Positions 35,264-50,000 of a stretch of 64,000 nt of DNA are shown here, piece by piece. The notes under the pieces were generated by a model, which searched no databases, was not told the DNA's origin, and saw nothing but the letters and a program-made list of their open reading frames with translations. Position 1 is the first letter of the stretch, and every line of letters starts with the position of its first letter. This stretch comes from Gnetum montanum (lineage: Eukaryota; Plantae; Gnetophyta): assembly GCA_015680685.1 (NCBI GenBank), contig MNCI01002704.1, positions 174,701 through 238,700 of the forward strand, given 5' to 3'. Position numbers and translations under genes: made by a program.

Positions 35264-38200
35264 TTATTTTATATATATATTTTTTCTTAAGTTGTGGGCG
35301 GTTGTCCAAGGTAATGCTTTATGTGTAGAACATTTTATGATGGCTACAATTCCATTCCACTTAATGTGGTATGGCCCTACCAATTTTTTCAAAAATTTAC
35401 TTGACATTTGCATACTCCATAATAATAGAAGATTGAAAATTTTAAAAGCTCTTTTCACAACCTTCCTATCAAACCACCTTTTAATTTGAGAAGCATTTTT
35501 AAATAAAATATCCTTAGCTCTATCCATTTTAGCTTTTCTTTTAATAATCAAAGCCATGAAATTAATATTCTTATCCATTTTTTCACTATACTTTTGCATA
35601 AAATTTAAAGTTCAGCTTACAATTTTATTTGTAACTCTTGCAAGCAAACGATAAACCAAATTATAAAATGATGTTCTAATTGCTTTTTTAAATATAATGT
35701 GGTTAGTCCATAGTGCAGATTGCAAATGATTGATTCAATTTTCTGAATTCCCCTCCATTATCTTTTTGATATATGAAATAAGATTTTTATTTGTAGATTC
35801 AACTAAGCCATTTCTCTGAGGATAATAATCAAAATAAAAAAAATAGAAGAATGGATTTCTTTTATGCCCATTTTATAAACTCTTTGGATTGAAAATTAGG
35901 TTCATTATTAGATACCAAAACTTCAAGCATAGCAAAGCGATTTAGAATCTTATCTTGTAAGAACTTAACTACATCCAATGCTAAATTTTTCCTTAGAGCT
36001 CTTACTTCATACCATTTAGTAAAATAATCAATGGCTGTAAGAATAAATTTATGATCATCCTTTGAAGGAGTACCTATGAAAATAAAATCTAAGCTCCACT
36101 ATTGAAATGGTTTATTGACAATTATTGGTTTTAAAGGAGCTATAGTCTTTTTGATTTTTGGTCCATGAATTTGAAATTTATAGCATCTTTAAATCTTTGA
36201 GTTAATATCTTGGTACAAGCTAGACCAATAAAAACCATAGAAAAGTATATGTTGCATTATCAACTTAGGAGATTCATAAAATAGATTAGCATGATCATGA
36301 AATTATTCTAGAATAGGATTGATTTGATTATTATGAACACATTCCAACAAAACACCTCTGAAGTCCTTTCAACTAATACTCAAAAAATCTAATTGATTCA
36401 TCTTGGCCTTTGTCTCTTTGAGTTAAAAAAACAACTAAATCATGTGAAGTAAAAGCATATAATCAAAAATATTCCTTTAATTTTGGTTTTACCAAGTATG
36501 GAGCTTCTTGAATAGTCATTTTAATTTCTACTAAAGCTTTCTTTGATTTTAGTGTTTTCCTTACTAGGATATATTTCTTGAGCATATGCATCAAAGGTTT
36601 AGTAATTTCAGTGAATCCTAGCATAAATTTCTTAACAAAATTTATCTTCCCAAAGAAATATCTAAGAGACTCTTTATTTATTGGATGCTCAATATTTTAT
36701 ATGGCTTCAATTTGTGAGTCATCTATAGTAATACCTTTTTTAATAGATTACATGATCTAGTAAGCTTCCATACTTTACCCCAAAGATACATTTCTTAGGA
36801 GTTACTGAAATATCATATTCATGACATTTGGAATAAATAGTTATATCACCCAAATAAATCATGATGAATTTTCCTATTAAATTTTAAAAGCCAATTCCAT
36901 AGCTTTTTGGAAAGTAGCTCTAGAATTTTATAATCCAAATGGCATTCCTTTGTAAGCAAATGTCCCCCATTTCATCATGAATGATGTTGTATATCTATCA
37001 TCCTTATCTACCATAATCTGATTATAGCCAAAAACACCATCTAGGAAAGAATATACTTGAAACCCTAATACTTTGATCAAAATCTCATCAATTCTAGGAA
37101 GGGGATATTTGTAAAACTCATTCAAATTTCTAAAATTCACACAAATCTTGATATCACTGTTATTCTTTCTTACTAGAATAAGATTAGTAGGCCTTGTTGG
37201 ATATCAAACTGGATATATGATTTGAGCTTGTAATAACTTCTTAATATTGGCTTCCATAGTGAGTTTAAATGATGGATTAAATTTCCTTTGCTTTTGTTTA
37301 ACTATCTTACAACTGTTACCAAAGGAATTTTATGTGTCATCACATTTATTCTAAAAGCCTTAAGGTCATCATAAGACCAAGAAAAATTTCGTAATTACTT
37401 TTCAAAAGTAATAATAAATTTTGCATGAAAACTGAATTCTTTTCCTTTGTGATCTTTAGAATATTTGGTATGTTGGTAGATCTAAGATTTACTGCTTCAT
37501 AAGCATGATTACCTGGATTTAGTATATCTTTTCTTATAAATAGATTTTTTTCTCAACTTGTGTTCATAATCAATCACCTTTTTGGAAATGAAATTTTAGG
37601 TATGATCTTATTTTTAAATTTCTATTATCTTTTAGGAATCTAAGCAATTGATTATCATCTTCAAATACTTGTAAATGCTTTATGTTATATGGTACCAATG
37701 GCTAATGTTCATTCTCAGTTACTACCCCTTCATAATTTTCTATCCTTTTAAAATCTAATGTTGAAGATGCCTTTGCGAAATCGTCTACTAAGTGATTATC
37801 TTCCTTGTGTATATGTTCTATTTTATAGTGATGAAACTAGTCTAGCATTTTATAGAGAAGCTATTTATAAGGCTGCAAGAATGAGCCTTTTTATAAGGCT
37901 GCAAGAATGAGCCTTTTTACTATACAATTACCTTTCATTTGTTTACAAATGAGTCTTGAATGTCCTTTTATCATGATCACCTTGATTTTTTCTTCAAATG
38001 AATTTTTAATTCCAATACTCAATGCTTCATATTTAGCTTTATTATTTGTACAAGGGAAAGATAGATGAACTTCCTTTAAAATTTTTGGAAAATCATATTT
38101 TACTAGGACTAATCTAGCTCCAGTACCTTTGGAGTTACAAGAACCATCAAAGTATAACTCTCATTTGCTCCTATCTTGAGATTTCTCTTTTCCTAAGTTA

Positions 38201-39139
38201 TAAACTTATTGAAGTATGCATATTTTGGATTCATAACTTCTTATTTTGATAAATTTGTTTTTTCCATTCAAACTAATGTTTTCAATCATCAAAGGTTTAC
38301 TATATATGTATAGTTGATTTAGTTATCCTTTCTATGGTAGCTACATATGTAAATAATCTATTGATATGTAACCTGAGAAATTTTTACTCGAACTTCAACT
38401 TAACAAAAAACTGTATGAATCTAGGATATTTGCTACTTGAATAGTTATCCTACTTTTTATAAGAGGATCAAAAGTGATTTCTAACAAAATATTGGATAAT
38501 TGACCCATAATCTTCACTTAACTTTTATCCACTTCAACAATATTTTTATTCAATTGTTCAAAAGTCAAACCAAGTTTTTTTCATATAGATAATGACATAG
38601 TAGTAGATGTAGTTTTGGAATTAGCTAGACAATTATGCAAATATTTATCCTTTAACTTCATCATTAAAAGGACAGGAGGAGCTTCCTTATCAAGAGTACA
38701 ATTATAGCTAGTTTTTGTTGTCTTATCAATATTAAATAGATAGCTTAACTTTGACTCTCCAACTCCACTGTTTTCTTTGATAAGCTCTAAAGATTTTCTC
38801 TACTAATATCCTATATATAATAATTAATATATACTAATGTTGGCTTTGACATGTTTAAGATCCTNNNNNNNNNNNNNNNNNNNNNNNNNNNNNNNNNNNN
38901 NNNNNNNNNNNNNNNNNNNNNNNNNNNNNNGAACTTAACAGTGAAGATGTATCACTAGGTCCATTGTTGAAAGACTTGCTTTCGTAATGAAAACTAGATA
39001 GCTCATTATTAGATTTAATATTAAGGAAGTTAGACATGGCAATATCACTCTCATCCTCATTGTCTGATAACTTAGTGTCTTGATGCTTATGTTTTCTATT
39101 TTTCTTTTCTTTCTTAATTTTAACTTTTATCAAAGCTTT
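35264..39139 (-). mobile_element. pol: Degenerate Tat-type gypsy element E with domain order PR-aRH-RT-(mostly deleted RH)-INT, interrupted in gag by copy F
   Basis: Protease PPVLL..YLHNCLANS (~38600-38690); aRH ELYFDGSCNSKGTGA..FPCTNNKAKYEAL (37750-38160); RT YPLPRIDE..FLDGVFGYNQI..GMPFGL (36928-37140); integrase WSLDFI..AIDYFTKWYEV (~36000-36110). Confidence 0.85.
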
Positions 39140-42100
39140 TGTTGCAACTAGAAAAATTGATTACTAGATAATTGAAAGATCTAGTGCATTAGCATCAATC
39201 CCAAACCTCTAGGGCCTCCAACAAATGAAATTCAAGATGCTCTAGATAGTCTAGTAGATCACCCAGGGACTAACAAAATGCAAAATGTGTAATGTACAAA
39301 AAGAAATGCAGATCTAAAACTAAAATGTAAGATCACACACAAAAATGAAACTTTGATGCTTTATTAAAAAATAAAGAATAGGTTCTAGAAATTTATACAA
39401 GAAATGCTTGTGAGAAATTAAAAAGAGGTTCACTAGGGTAGGAGTTCAAAGCCCATTGAAGCCAATGTGATCCACTCCATGATCTAGATGCTCAACCACT
39501 CTTGATGTTATTGAACCTCCTTTGCTACAACTTTAGATCTACAACGATGATCACTACTTGGGGGTGAGAAAAGTGGAAACTTTGGCTACAAAAATGCTCC
39601 ATGTTAGGATTTGGAAATCCCATAAGTGTATCATAGAGGCCAAAAATTACAAGTCTCAAGGGTGAAATCAATGGGGGTAACAAGGCTACAAGGGTTCCAC
39701 GTTGGGAGGCTCTAGGAAGCTACATTTTTCAAGGGTTGCAAGAGCTCTTGGAAGCCAAAGGTGTTATGTGCTCAAAATGTCTTGGGTATCGAACCTAAAA
39801 AGGATTTTGGGGTTTTGATTTTATAGGTTTTGGACCATGATTTTTGCTATAAATTGGCTAATAGATTGGCTGAAAATTTCTATAAATTTCTACCACATAT
39901 AGGTGAGATGGGTGCCCAAATTTGGATGGTTACTATGTATAGTAAGTGCTAAATCCTAATGGTCATTCCATTTACTATAAATAGTATGGTGGCACACTTT
40001 CTACACTAGAGGTAGATCTTCTACGTTGGGCCTTCAATCTTATAAACTGATGTTCATGGTCAACATTGAAGTCATTGGAATGTTGAAATCTTAGTCATGT
40101 TGCTTCGATGTTGGGGGCATGTAGTTTCTATGCTAGGGGTGAAGTCTCTACACTAGGAGGGAAACTTCCACACTAAGGGAAAAGGCTTCCACATTAAGGG
40201 GGAAGGTATTATCCCTCCACATTGGGGGTAGGTGAGGTTTACCCCCCTAGAAGTGTTTCCAATGCAAAAAACTATATACCCCCCATAAAACCAATAAAAT
40301 TTCCATTTTTTACATCCTAAAAGGAATTTTTAATTCCTCAAGCCCAAATATAAACATTAGGTGACTTTTTTCACTTGGGAAATGAGGCTTTGACCACTTA
40401 GGAGGCATTTTTCAACCAAAAAATTATGAAATTTGTGAGATTTCCCACTGTGGATTACAATATTTACATTTACAACAAAGTTTTACCTTGGGTTTTATGG
40501 AGTGAAGGCTATGTGATGAAAAAATGGTTACAACATGCAAAGTTTTGTGGTGTTTCAATGGTTCCTCTTTGTTGGTGTCTAGAGGATCAACTTGAGAGGC
40601 ACTGACAATGAATACCAAACATCACTGTATGTCCATCATTGATGTTTCCTCTCTACATTTGATCTATTCATGTCAAACCATGTCAAAGAGTGTTTATGAT
40701 GATGGGATAAGGCTATGATGATGAGATGGCAATGAGGTCATGGGAAAATGATCACAAAGGCTAATAATGTATTCCAAATGTTGACATCATGGCTATAACA
40801 TGGTGCTAACATATTTTGAAGTGTTGGTCACTTGGAAATTGCATTTGAGGATCCAATCACTTCACTCCAAGATTTCTTCAACCATTAGGATTTGAGGTTT
40901 CACTAGCCATCAAGCTTCTTATTAGTTTTCTTTCCAATTTTTTTTTGGGGTAAAAATTTCATTGGGTTTCTTTGCCAAGTCTAGTTAGATAAGGGTTTTC
41001 CCACCGAATGAGTTATGTTACGCTCAATGGATTTGTTTTTCCCATAAAATTAATATGTATTATGCTTGATGGACTTAGTGATTTCCCATTGAATGAGTTA
41101 TGTTATAGTCAAGTGGACTTGAGGATGAAGCTTGATGAAGAGATGTCATATGGCCATAGTGCATGAGTGGTAAACATTGGTCAACATTACTTTCAAAGGT
41201 ATGGGAGGCTATAATGAGGCTATGAGGTTGGGCTCAAGGAGTAGTGTTAGATGGAGGAAAATGGTACAAGCACTCCTTTCAAAGTAGGAAAAACTTACCA
41301 AATCTTTCACATTGAGTTCACGTTGCAACTTGCTACCATAATAAGTTGCACTTGTGGCAATGGCTCTAGGCCTCATCTTGGAGGCACAACTCCAAGAAAA
41401 TAAGAAAATCAAGCAAACATAGCATGTTATAATGTTACAATGCATATAGGCCTCATAGAATGATAAAATCAAGCTACCCAATTCACTAATGTTTCTAGTT
41501 TAATGCCATGGTAGGCCATGATACCAGTTTAAGGACCTGGTAGGCCATGATGCTAGTTTAAGATCATAGAGGATCATGGTGCTAGTTTAGGGCCATAGTA
41601 GGCTGTGTTATCACTACTTTTAGGTCCTAGCATGTCATGTTATCATTAATTTTGGCCTTAGTAGGTTTTACTACTAGTTTAAGGCCTTGGTAGGCCATGG
41701 CATCACTAGTTTTAGGCATTGGCTAGTTGTATTACTAGTTTAAGGCCTTGATAGGCCATGGCATCACTAGTTTTAGGCCCTAGTAGGCCATGGAAAGTAG
41801 GATTATTTATTGATGATTGTTGGCTACATGTAATATGGCTTTAAATAGGAATGATTAAACAAAATTGGCCAACTCATTTCCATTCATGTCAACTATTTTG
41901 AATGCTCCATTACCATAGGCCCTAGTGATAAGGAAGGATTCTTTCTTATTGGCTAAGAATATATCTACATGCTCACAGATAGCATTGAGGAAAAATTCAT
42001 CCTCCTTGATCTTACACTTGGTCAAGTTATGTTGGTGTTACCATTTCTAGCTCTCATGATAGTATTTGACATGAGTAAGTGCTTTCATACCTTGCTCCTC

Positions 42101-44881
42101 CACCAAGTCTAGGTCCACTATCCACAACTCCTTACTTTGCTCATCATTCATGAAATCAGTCAAGGTCATCCAAAGCAACAGTACATGTAATTCAAGATGT
42201 AAAATAGCTTTAGAACCATCAAACAAGCTATAAGGTGTTACACTAGTGGTTGTACGATAATATGTACGATAGGCCCAAAGTGCATGGACAAGCAGCTCAT
42301 GCCATTTGTGCTTACTATTATTGAGAATCTTCCTGAGCAAGTTGATGATGGCCTTGTTGCTTGCTTCTTCTTGTTCATTGGCTTGAGGGTAATAAGGTAA
42401 TGCAAAAGAATGTTTAATGCCTAGGTTGTGACAAAATTCCTTTTTCTCTTAACTACTAAATTATGGTCCATTATCTATAACTATGGTCATAGGTATGCCA
42501 AAAGGTGTTACAATGTTATCTAGGATAAATTTGTAAACTTTTTCTGACATAGTCTTTCTTAGGGGGATTGCTTCAATCCACTTAGTAAATTATTTGGTAG
42601 TAGTGATGATGAAGCTATGCCCTGAAGACTTAGGTGTTATACGCTCAATAATATCCAACCCCCATCATTGAAATAGCCTAGTGATTTGAATTGTATGTAA
42701 CTTAGTTGGTGACACAAAATGTTACAACATTTAACCTTTTATAGGTAGTCGCTTTTCATATGGGGCTAGTAATAGTCTAACCATCTAACTCCCTTGTGAA
42801 CCTCCTTTAGGGCTATTCTAACTTTGATTTTACTTAGGCACTTTAGCAATAAATCATCATAGGACCATTTGCATAATGTGTTATTATCTATGATGACATA
42901 CTACTTTGATTGTTTGTGTAAAATGTCCTTTTTGAGTGGTAGTTAGGCTTATGAAGATTCACCATGCATAAGGTAAAACTTGAAATCATTGTACCATTCC
43001 TTTATAGGAGTAGTATGAACTATGACCATAAAAGTATCCTTAATGCTCTGCATGATGGGGATAGTAGAGTCCATAGTTAAGGTGGATAACTTGCTAAACA
43101 CATCTGGCATAACACTTATGGCTAGCATTGCAATTGCATTGGCTATGAAATTCTTGTTTAGGGGTATGTGATGGACATCAACATCTATAAATTATTGTAA
43201 CATTTTTTTCTAAGTCATAGTAAGGTTGTAAATGTTTGTCTTTGCATGTGTAAGCCTTGGTTACTTGGTTGACCATAAGTTGTGAATCATAATTAATCAT
43301 AAAATTCTTAATTCCAAGGTCATGAGCTACCATCCTTCCCCTAATCAAACTCTCATACTCTACTATGTTGTTAGTGCGTGAAAACTTAAAAAAATAGGTG
43401 AAGGATCAGATTTCATCAAATGAGAATGTTATGATGATAGTGACACTACACCCACGGGTAGATGAAGCTCTATCAAAGTGCATGACCACCTTGTGCCTTA
43501 GTCACTTACCTAATGTTGTTGACATGTTCATCAGGAAACTTGGGATCTATGATTGCTTGACCATCAATAGGTGATACTATGAGTTGTATGGCTATAGCTT
43601 GACCTTTCATTGAGAATTGAGAGATGTGATGAAGGTTAAACTTTGTGGTTATAGCTTTCCATTAGGCTTTATGTCTACTCATAAATGTTGATCATTCTAG
43701 CTCTAAGTACATTATCCTTACAAATGATGTTGACTTGGCTTCTAAAGAGGTGATGTCTCGACTTCTTCAAAGAGAAGACTAGTGTTAGACAATATTTCTT
43801 CACTTTGGTGTATCATGTCATGTGGGAAACTAATGCATTGCTAAGGAACTACACTAGCATTTCTACTCCACCATCACATTTCTAATAAAGTAGATATGTA
43901 ATGGATGTGTCTAAGATAGTAAGGTAGATGTAAAATGGTTTACCCTCTTATGGAGGATAGACTGCTAACAATTGTGCCAACTCTTGCTTAAGGTTTTCAA
44001 AGGCCTCTTGGAATCAACCAGTCCACTCATAGTGAACTCCTTTTTTTACCAAGTGTTGCATGGACTATAACTTATCCATAACCCTAGTGATAAACATAAA
44101 AGTAAACTATAATATACCTTGCAGTCCTCAAATATCCTTAAGGTTGGTAGGCACTATTAATTTGTATATGATCTTAACCTTTTTAGGATCAACACGTATC
44201 TTTGCTTCAAATACTATAAAGTTAAGAATCTTCTTAGTCTTGATGTTAAGGACACATTTCTTGGAATTGAGCCTAAGCTCATACTTGAGGCATCATTTAA
44301 ACATAATATCTAATTCATTAGCATGGTCACTAGCCACTTTGCAGTTAATGGCTACGTCGTCTACGTAATTGTTGAGCAAACCTAGCATGTAATCATTAAA
44401 GCTATAGGTCATGACTCATTGATAGGTCACTCTTACATTCTTAAGGCCAAAGTGCATCATGTTATAGCAAAATGTTCTCCAAGGAGTCATGCAAGTTATG
44501 TTAAGTTCATGTTCTAGGTTAATAATAATCTAGTTATATCTCAAGAATTCATCCATAAAGGATAACAAGGCATGTCTAGTTGTAGTATAAGTAAGTTGAT
44601 CAATACTAATAAGAGGGAGGTCATCCTTAATAGTTACTTTATTTAGGTCTTGAAACTTGATGCAAATAGTAATAATCCCACTCTTCTTGGGGACTACCAC
44701 TATGTTGGACACCCATTCTACATTTTCAATAGCTCAGATGAAACTTTCTTGTTAGAGTTTTGAGATCTAATCATGAACCACTAAGTCCAAATCAGATCTA
44801 ATCTTGCACACCTTTTTCTTAAGTATTCTTACATTAGGGTTTAGTATGATGTTTTTTTGTACTAGGCATGAGTCTAGGCCT
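39140..44881 (-). mobile_element. Tat/Ogre-like family copy F (pol, long 3'UTR, 3' LTR 39140-40557), interrupted at the start of RT by copy G
   Basis: LTR ends TGTTG at 39140 and TGAAACACC (minus) at 40557; pol 41824-44881; minisatellite 41500-41790. Confidence 0.85.
41824..44881 (-). pseudogene. pol: Degenerate pol (RT-RH-aRH-INT) of copy F
   Basis: ORFs 44530-44712 (SNIVVVPKK..QDLNK..SFMD) and 42047-42340 (LWAYRT..TPYSL); YVDD at ~44357-44368. Confidence 0.9.
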
Positions 44882-47053
44882 TGTTATGATCAAAAACTCT
44901 AATTGCTTGAATGAAAAATAAAAGATCCTTAGTGTAAGTAGTTCTCCAACCTCAAATCCCTAGGGCCTCCATGATAAAAATGGGATTTGAGATGTCTTGG
45001 CTTATCTAAAAAATCAACTAGGGACTTATGAGTTGTAAAACATGGAAATATGAATAGATCTAAATAAAAAACAAATAAAAAATTTATTTTTGAACAGAAA
45101 CACCAAGCTTAAAACTTTGTTGAGAAAAGAAAAATGAATACATTAGAGAAATGTGTACAAATGGTGCTTGTATGAGAAAAAAAGAGGTTTACTTATGCAA
45201 GAGTTCAAAGCCCACTGAAGTCGAGGTGATCTCCTCCATGATCCAACTGCTAAGCCACTCTTGATGTTATTGAACCTTCCTTTACTCCTGCAACCTTGGA
45301 TCTACCAATTGGATTACTAATGGGGGGTGTTAAAGGTGGAATATTTATATGCTAACTGTGCTCCACACTAGCTTTGGAATCCTAGAAGTGCAATGTTAAC
45401 ACCAAGAATCCACCAAATCTTTAGGCCTCACTACTTCCATGCTAGGGTTCAAGAGAATGCAAGTATGGGAATTTGTAAGAACTCTTGAGTACCTAAAAAT
45501 AACCCAAGTGTGAAATTGTGAAAAAAGGGGTTGAACTTTGGTGAGAGTTTGCTTGTCAAAAATTTTTGAAACCACTGAAAATGATAAACCATGAGAAAAA
45601 TTGCTAGAAACACTAAATGGTATTTGAGGTTGGCTTTTATAGGGTCTTTGGGCCATGAATGGGGCTATATATTGGCTATGATTTGGCTATGAATTGGCTT
45701 TAAAATGGCTACAAATTGGCTGCAAAATGGCTACAAATTTAGGTGAGATGGGTGCCCAAGATTAGATAGTTACTATATATACTAAGTGCTTTCTCCCATA
45801 GCCATTCCATTTACTATAAATAGTAACTAGGGCATAAATTCAATGCTAGAAATGAATCTTCCATGCTAAGCTCTTGACCATGCTTGTTGAAGTGACTAGT
45901 CAATGTTGAAGTGCATGAATTAATGAATTTTCTTCTTCTTGCTTTCACACTAGGATATCGTATTTTCCATGTTGTGGGGATGGAAATTTCTAGGCTGGGG
46001 AGAAAGTTCCCAAGATGGGGGAAACTTTCCAAGCTAGGGGAAACTCTCTAGGCTAGAGGGAAAGTCTCCACACTAGGGGGAAACTTTCTAGGCTGAGGTG
46101 GAAAGTTTCTAGATTAGGGGAAAATTTCCAAGTTGTGCATTTGGTCTCCACATTGATGGAGAAAATAGTTTCCAAATCCCTTATCCTTCAATGTTGGGAG
46201 TAGGTGAGATCAACCCTCATGTAAGTGTTTCCACCATAAAAAATGCATACCACCNNNNNNNNNNNNNNNNNNNNNNNNNNNNNNNNNNNNNNNNNNNNNN
46301 NNNNNNNNNNNNNNNNNNNNNNNNNNNNNNNNNNNNNNNNNNNNNNNNNNNNNNNNNNNNNNNNNNNNNNNNNNNNNNNNNNNNNNNNNNNNNNNNNNNN
46401 NNNNNNNNNNNNNNNNNNNNNNNNNNNNNNNNNNNNNNNNNNNNNNNNNNNNNNNNNNNNNNNNNNNNNNNNNNNNNNNNNNNNNNNNNNNNNNNNNNNN
46501 NNNNNNNNNNNNNNNNNNNNNNNNNNNNNNNNNNNNNNNNNNNNNNNNNNNNNNNNNNNNNNNNNNNNNNNNNNNNNNNNNNNNNNNNNNNNNNNNNNNN
46601 NNNNNNNNNNNNNNNNNNNCTTGGGAAATGAGGCTTTAACCACTTATGAGGCATTATTTAGCCCCAAAAGTATAAAGTATGTGAAATTTCCCATTATGGG
46701 TTACAATTTTCACATTTACAATGATATTTTACCTCATGTTTAATGCGGTGAAAGCTACATGATGAATATTAGTCATAACATGCAAAATTTTGTGGTTTTT
46801 CAATGGCCCTTCTTTGTTGGTTCCTAGAGGATCGACCCAGTAGACACCAATAAAGAATACAAAAGACCACTACATATTATAATGCTACAATGCATTTAGG
46901 TCACATGAGAATAAGGATATCCATGTTAACAATGTTTCTATTTTAAGGCCAAAGTAGGCCATGGTACCAGTTTAAGGACCTAGTAGGTCATGTTTTCTAG
47001 TTTAAGATCATAGTAGACCACTAAAAGTAGGCTTGCTTATTGACAATTTGTTA

Positions 47054-50000
47054 AATACATGTACTATGGCCTTAGATAGGAGTGATTAACTAGATTGGCT
47101 AGCTAATTTTCATCCATGTTGGCTATTCTAGCTGCTCCATTCCTGTAGGCTTTACTAACAATAAAGGGCCCTTCCCAATTTGCTAAGAATTTGTTTGAAT
47201 GCTAACAAGAAAGATCCCCCTCATTGATCTTGCACATGGTAAAGTTATGATGATGTTTTCTCTTCTACCTCTCTTGATAGTGCTTGATGTGAGCAAGTGT
47301 TGGCATACATTGCTCCTCCACCAAATCTAGTGCTATTATTTGCAACTCCTTACTTTGTTTGTCATTGATGAAGTCAGTCAAGGATACTTGGAGAAATGGT
47401 ACTAGCAATTCAAGAGGTAAAATAACTTTAGAACCATAGACAAGAATATAATAGGCCATGCTAATTACCATGCAATAGGTTGTTCTATATGCCCATAGTG
47501 CATAAACAAGTTTCTCATGCCACTTCTGCTTGTTGTTATTGAGCATCTTCTTGAGCAAGTTGATGATGGCCTTGTTGCTTGCTTTTGTTTGTCCATTGGC
47601 TTGAGGGTAGTAAGGTGATGAGAAGGAATGCTTAATGCCTAGGTTGTGACAAAAATTCTTGGTTTTGACAAAAATTCTTGGTTTCTTGGCTATTGAATTA
47701 ATGTCCATTGTTCATAACTATGATCATGGGTATGCCAAAACAAGCTACAATGTTGTCTAGGATAAATTTGCAAACTTGTTTAGATGTGATCTCATTAGGG
47801 AAGTAGCCTTAACCCACTTGGTAAAGTATTCAGTTGTGGTGATGATGAAGCTATGTCCTACAATAGAATTAGATATTATAGGTCTAATGATATCCAATCC
47901 CCATTCTTGAAATGACTATGTTATCTAGGTTATATGTAACTTAGTTGGTGATACATGTATCAGGTTGTTATATCATTGGCATGTGTTGCATCACTTAACC
48001 TTTTGCAATTAATCATTTTCCATATGGGGCCAATAATAGCCTAACCATATAATCTTAGCAACCATGGCTCTAGGTCCTATATGTCCTACACAAACACCCT
48101 CATGAACCTACTCTAGGACTATTCTAGCTTTAGTTTTACCTAACCACTTTAGGAGTATGCCATCATAGGATCATCAACATAATGTGTTATCACCTATGAT
48201 GACATACTACTTTGATCACTTGCGTATGACATCCTTTTGAGAACTAGTTAGGCCTTATGAGGATTCACCAGGCATAAGGTAAAATTTGATATTGTCATAC
48301 CACTCCTTGGTAGGATTAGTATGAACAACAACCACAAAGATATCCTTAGTGTTCTATGTGATGGGAGTAGCACAATCCATGGTTAAGGTGGATAACATAC
48401 TAAATACATCTAGCATTACACTAAGGGTTAATGTTAAAATTTCATCAGCTATGGTGTTTTCATTTCATGGTATGTGCTGAATATCAATATCTATGAATTG
48501 TTGTAACAACTACTTTCCTAGGCCACAATAAGAATGTAAATGCTTAGCTTTGCATGCATAGAATTTGGTTACTTAGTTAACCATGAGTTGTAAATTTCCT
48601 TTGATGGATAGATGTCTAATTCCTAGGTCATGAGCTACCATTATTCCTCTAATCAAACCCTCATATTCTACTATGTTGTTGGTACATGGAAACCCAAAAC
48701 AATAGGCAAAGTATTGGATTTCACTATATGGGAAAGTTATGATGGTAGCAACACTAGCCCCATGGGTGGTTGAAGCTTCTTCAAAGTTCATGACTACCTC
48801 ATAACCCTTGGGCACTTGGCTAACTGTGTTGATTTGTTCATCAAGGAACTCAAGGTCTATGGCTACTTGGTCATCAATAGGTAAAACTATGAGTTGTAAA
48901 ACTATAGCTTGACCTTTTGTTGAGGATTGAGATATGTAATGGAGGTCAAATTTTGTAGTTATGGCTTTCCATTGGGCTATATGGCTACTTTTGTAGATGT
49001 TGGTCATTATGGATATGAGTATGTTGTCCTTGCAAATTATGTTGACTTGGCTTCTGAAGAGGTAGTATCTTCATTTCTTCAAAGAGAAGACTTGCACTAG
49101 GCAATACTTCTCCACCTTAGTGTCTCGGCTCTTGTGGAAAACTAATGCATGGCTAAGGTAGTATATAGGAATTTCTATCCCATCATCACATTTATGATAG
49201 AGTAGAGAGTCAATGGATGTATAAGAGATGATGAGATAAATGTAAAATGATTTACGCTCTTGTAGTAGATAGACTATTGATAGTTGTGTCAACTTTTGCT
49301 TAAGTTTTTCAAAGGCTTCTTGGAATTGAGCCATCCACTCATAGTAAAGTCCTTTCTTGAGCAAGTGTTGCATAGGTTGTAACTTATCCAGAAGCTTAGT
49401 AATAAGCCTATGAATAAATTGTAATCTACCTTGTGATCCCAAAATATCTTTAAGGTTTGTAGGTTCTGCCAATTTGGATATGACTTTAACCTTATCAGGA
49501 TCTACATGTATCCCTACTTAAAAGACTACAAAGCCAAGCATCTTACCAATCTTGACATTGAAGACACACTTCTTAGGATTGAGCCTAAGCTCATATTTGA
49601 GGCATCACTTAGGCACAAGACCTAGGTCATTGGAATGGTAATTGGCTATCTTAGACTTCATGGCTATGTCATCTACATAATCATTAAGCAAACCTAACAT
49701 GTAATCACTAAAGATATAGGTCATGGAACTATGTTATGTCACTCTAGTGTTCTTAAAGCCAAAAACCATCATGGTATAACAAAATGTACCCCATGGAGTC
49801 ATAAAGATCATGTTGAGCTAGTGCTCTGAGTTGATCCTAATTTGGTTATATTCTAAGAATCCATCCATAAAGGACAACAAGGCATGTCTAGCTATAGTAT
49901 TGATAAGTTGATCAATACTAGGAAAAGGGAAGTCATCCTTGATGGTTTCTTTATTTAAGTCTCAAAAATTGATGCAAATATGAATAATTCCATTTTTCTT

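Noticed and set aside
35080-35290. Extremely AT-rich tract
   Set aside because: Low-complexity sequence downstream of the E integrase with no discernible structure.
37864-37915. 26-bp exact tandem duplication in aRH (and a 40-bp one at 57305-57376)
   Set aside because: Ordinary post-insertion slippage or repair duplications that cause frameshifts; no functional signal.
40630-41419. TG...CA block in copy F as a solo LTR insertion
   Set aside because: No clean TSD, and the same block occurs at the same position in copy H, so it is a family 3'UTR variant.
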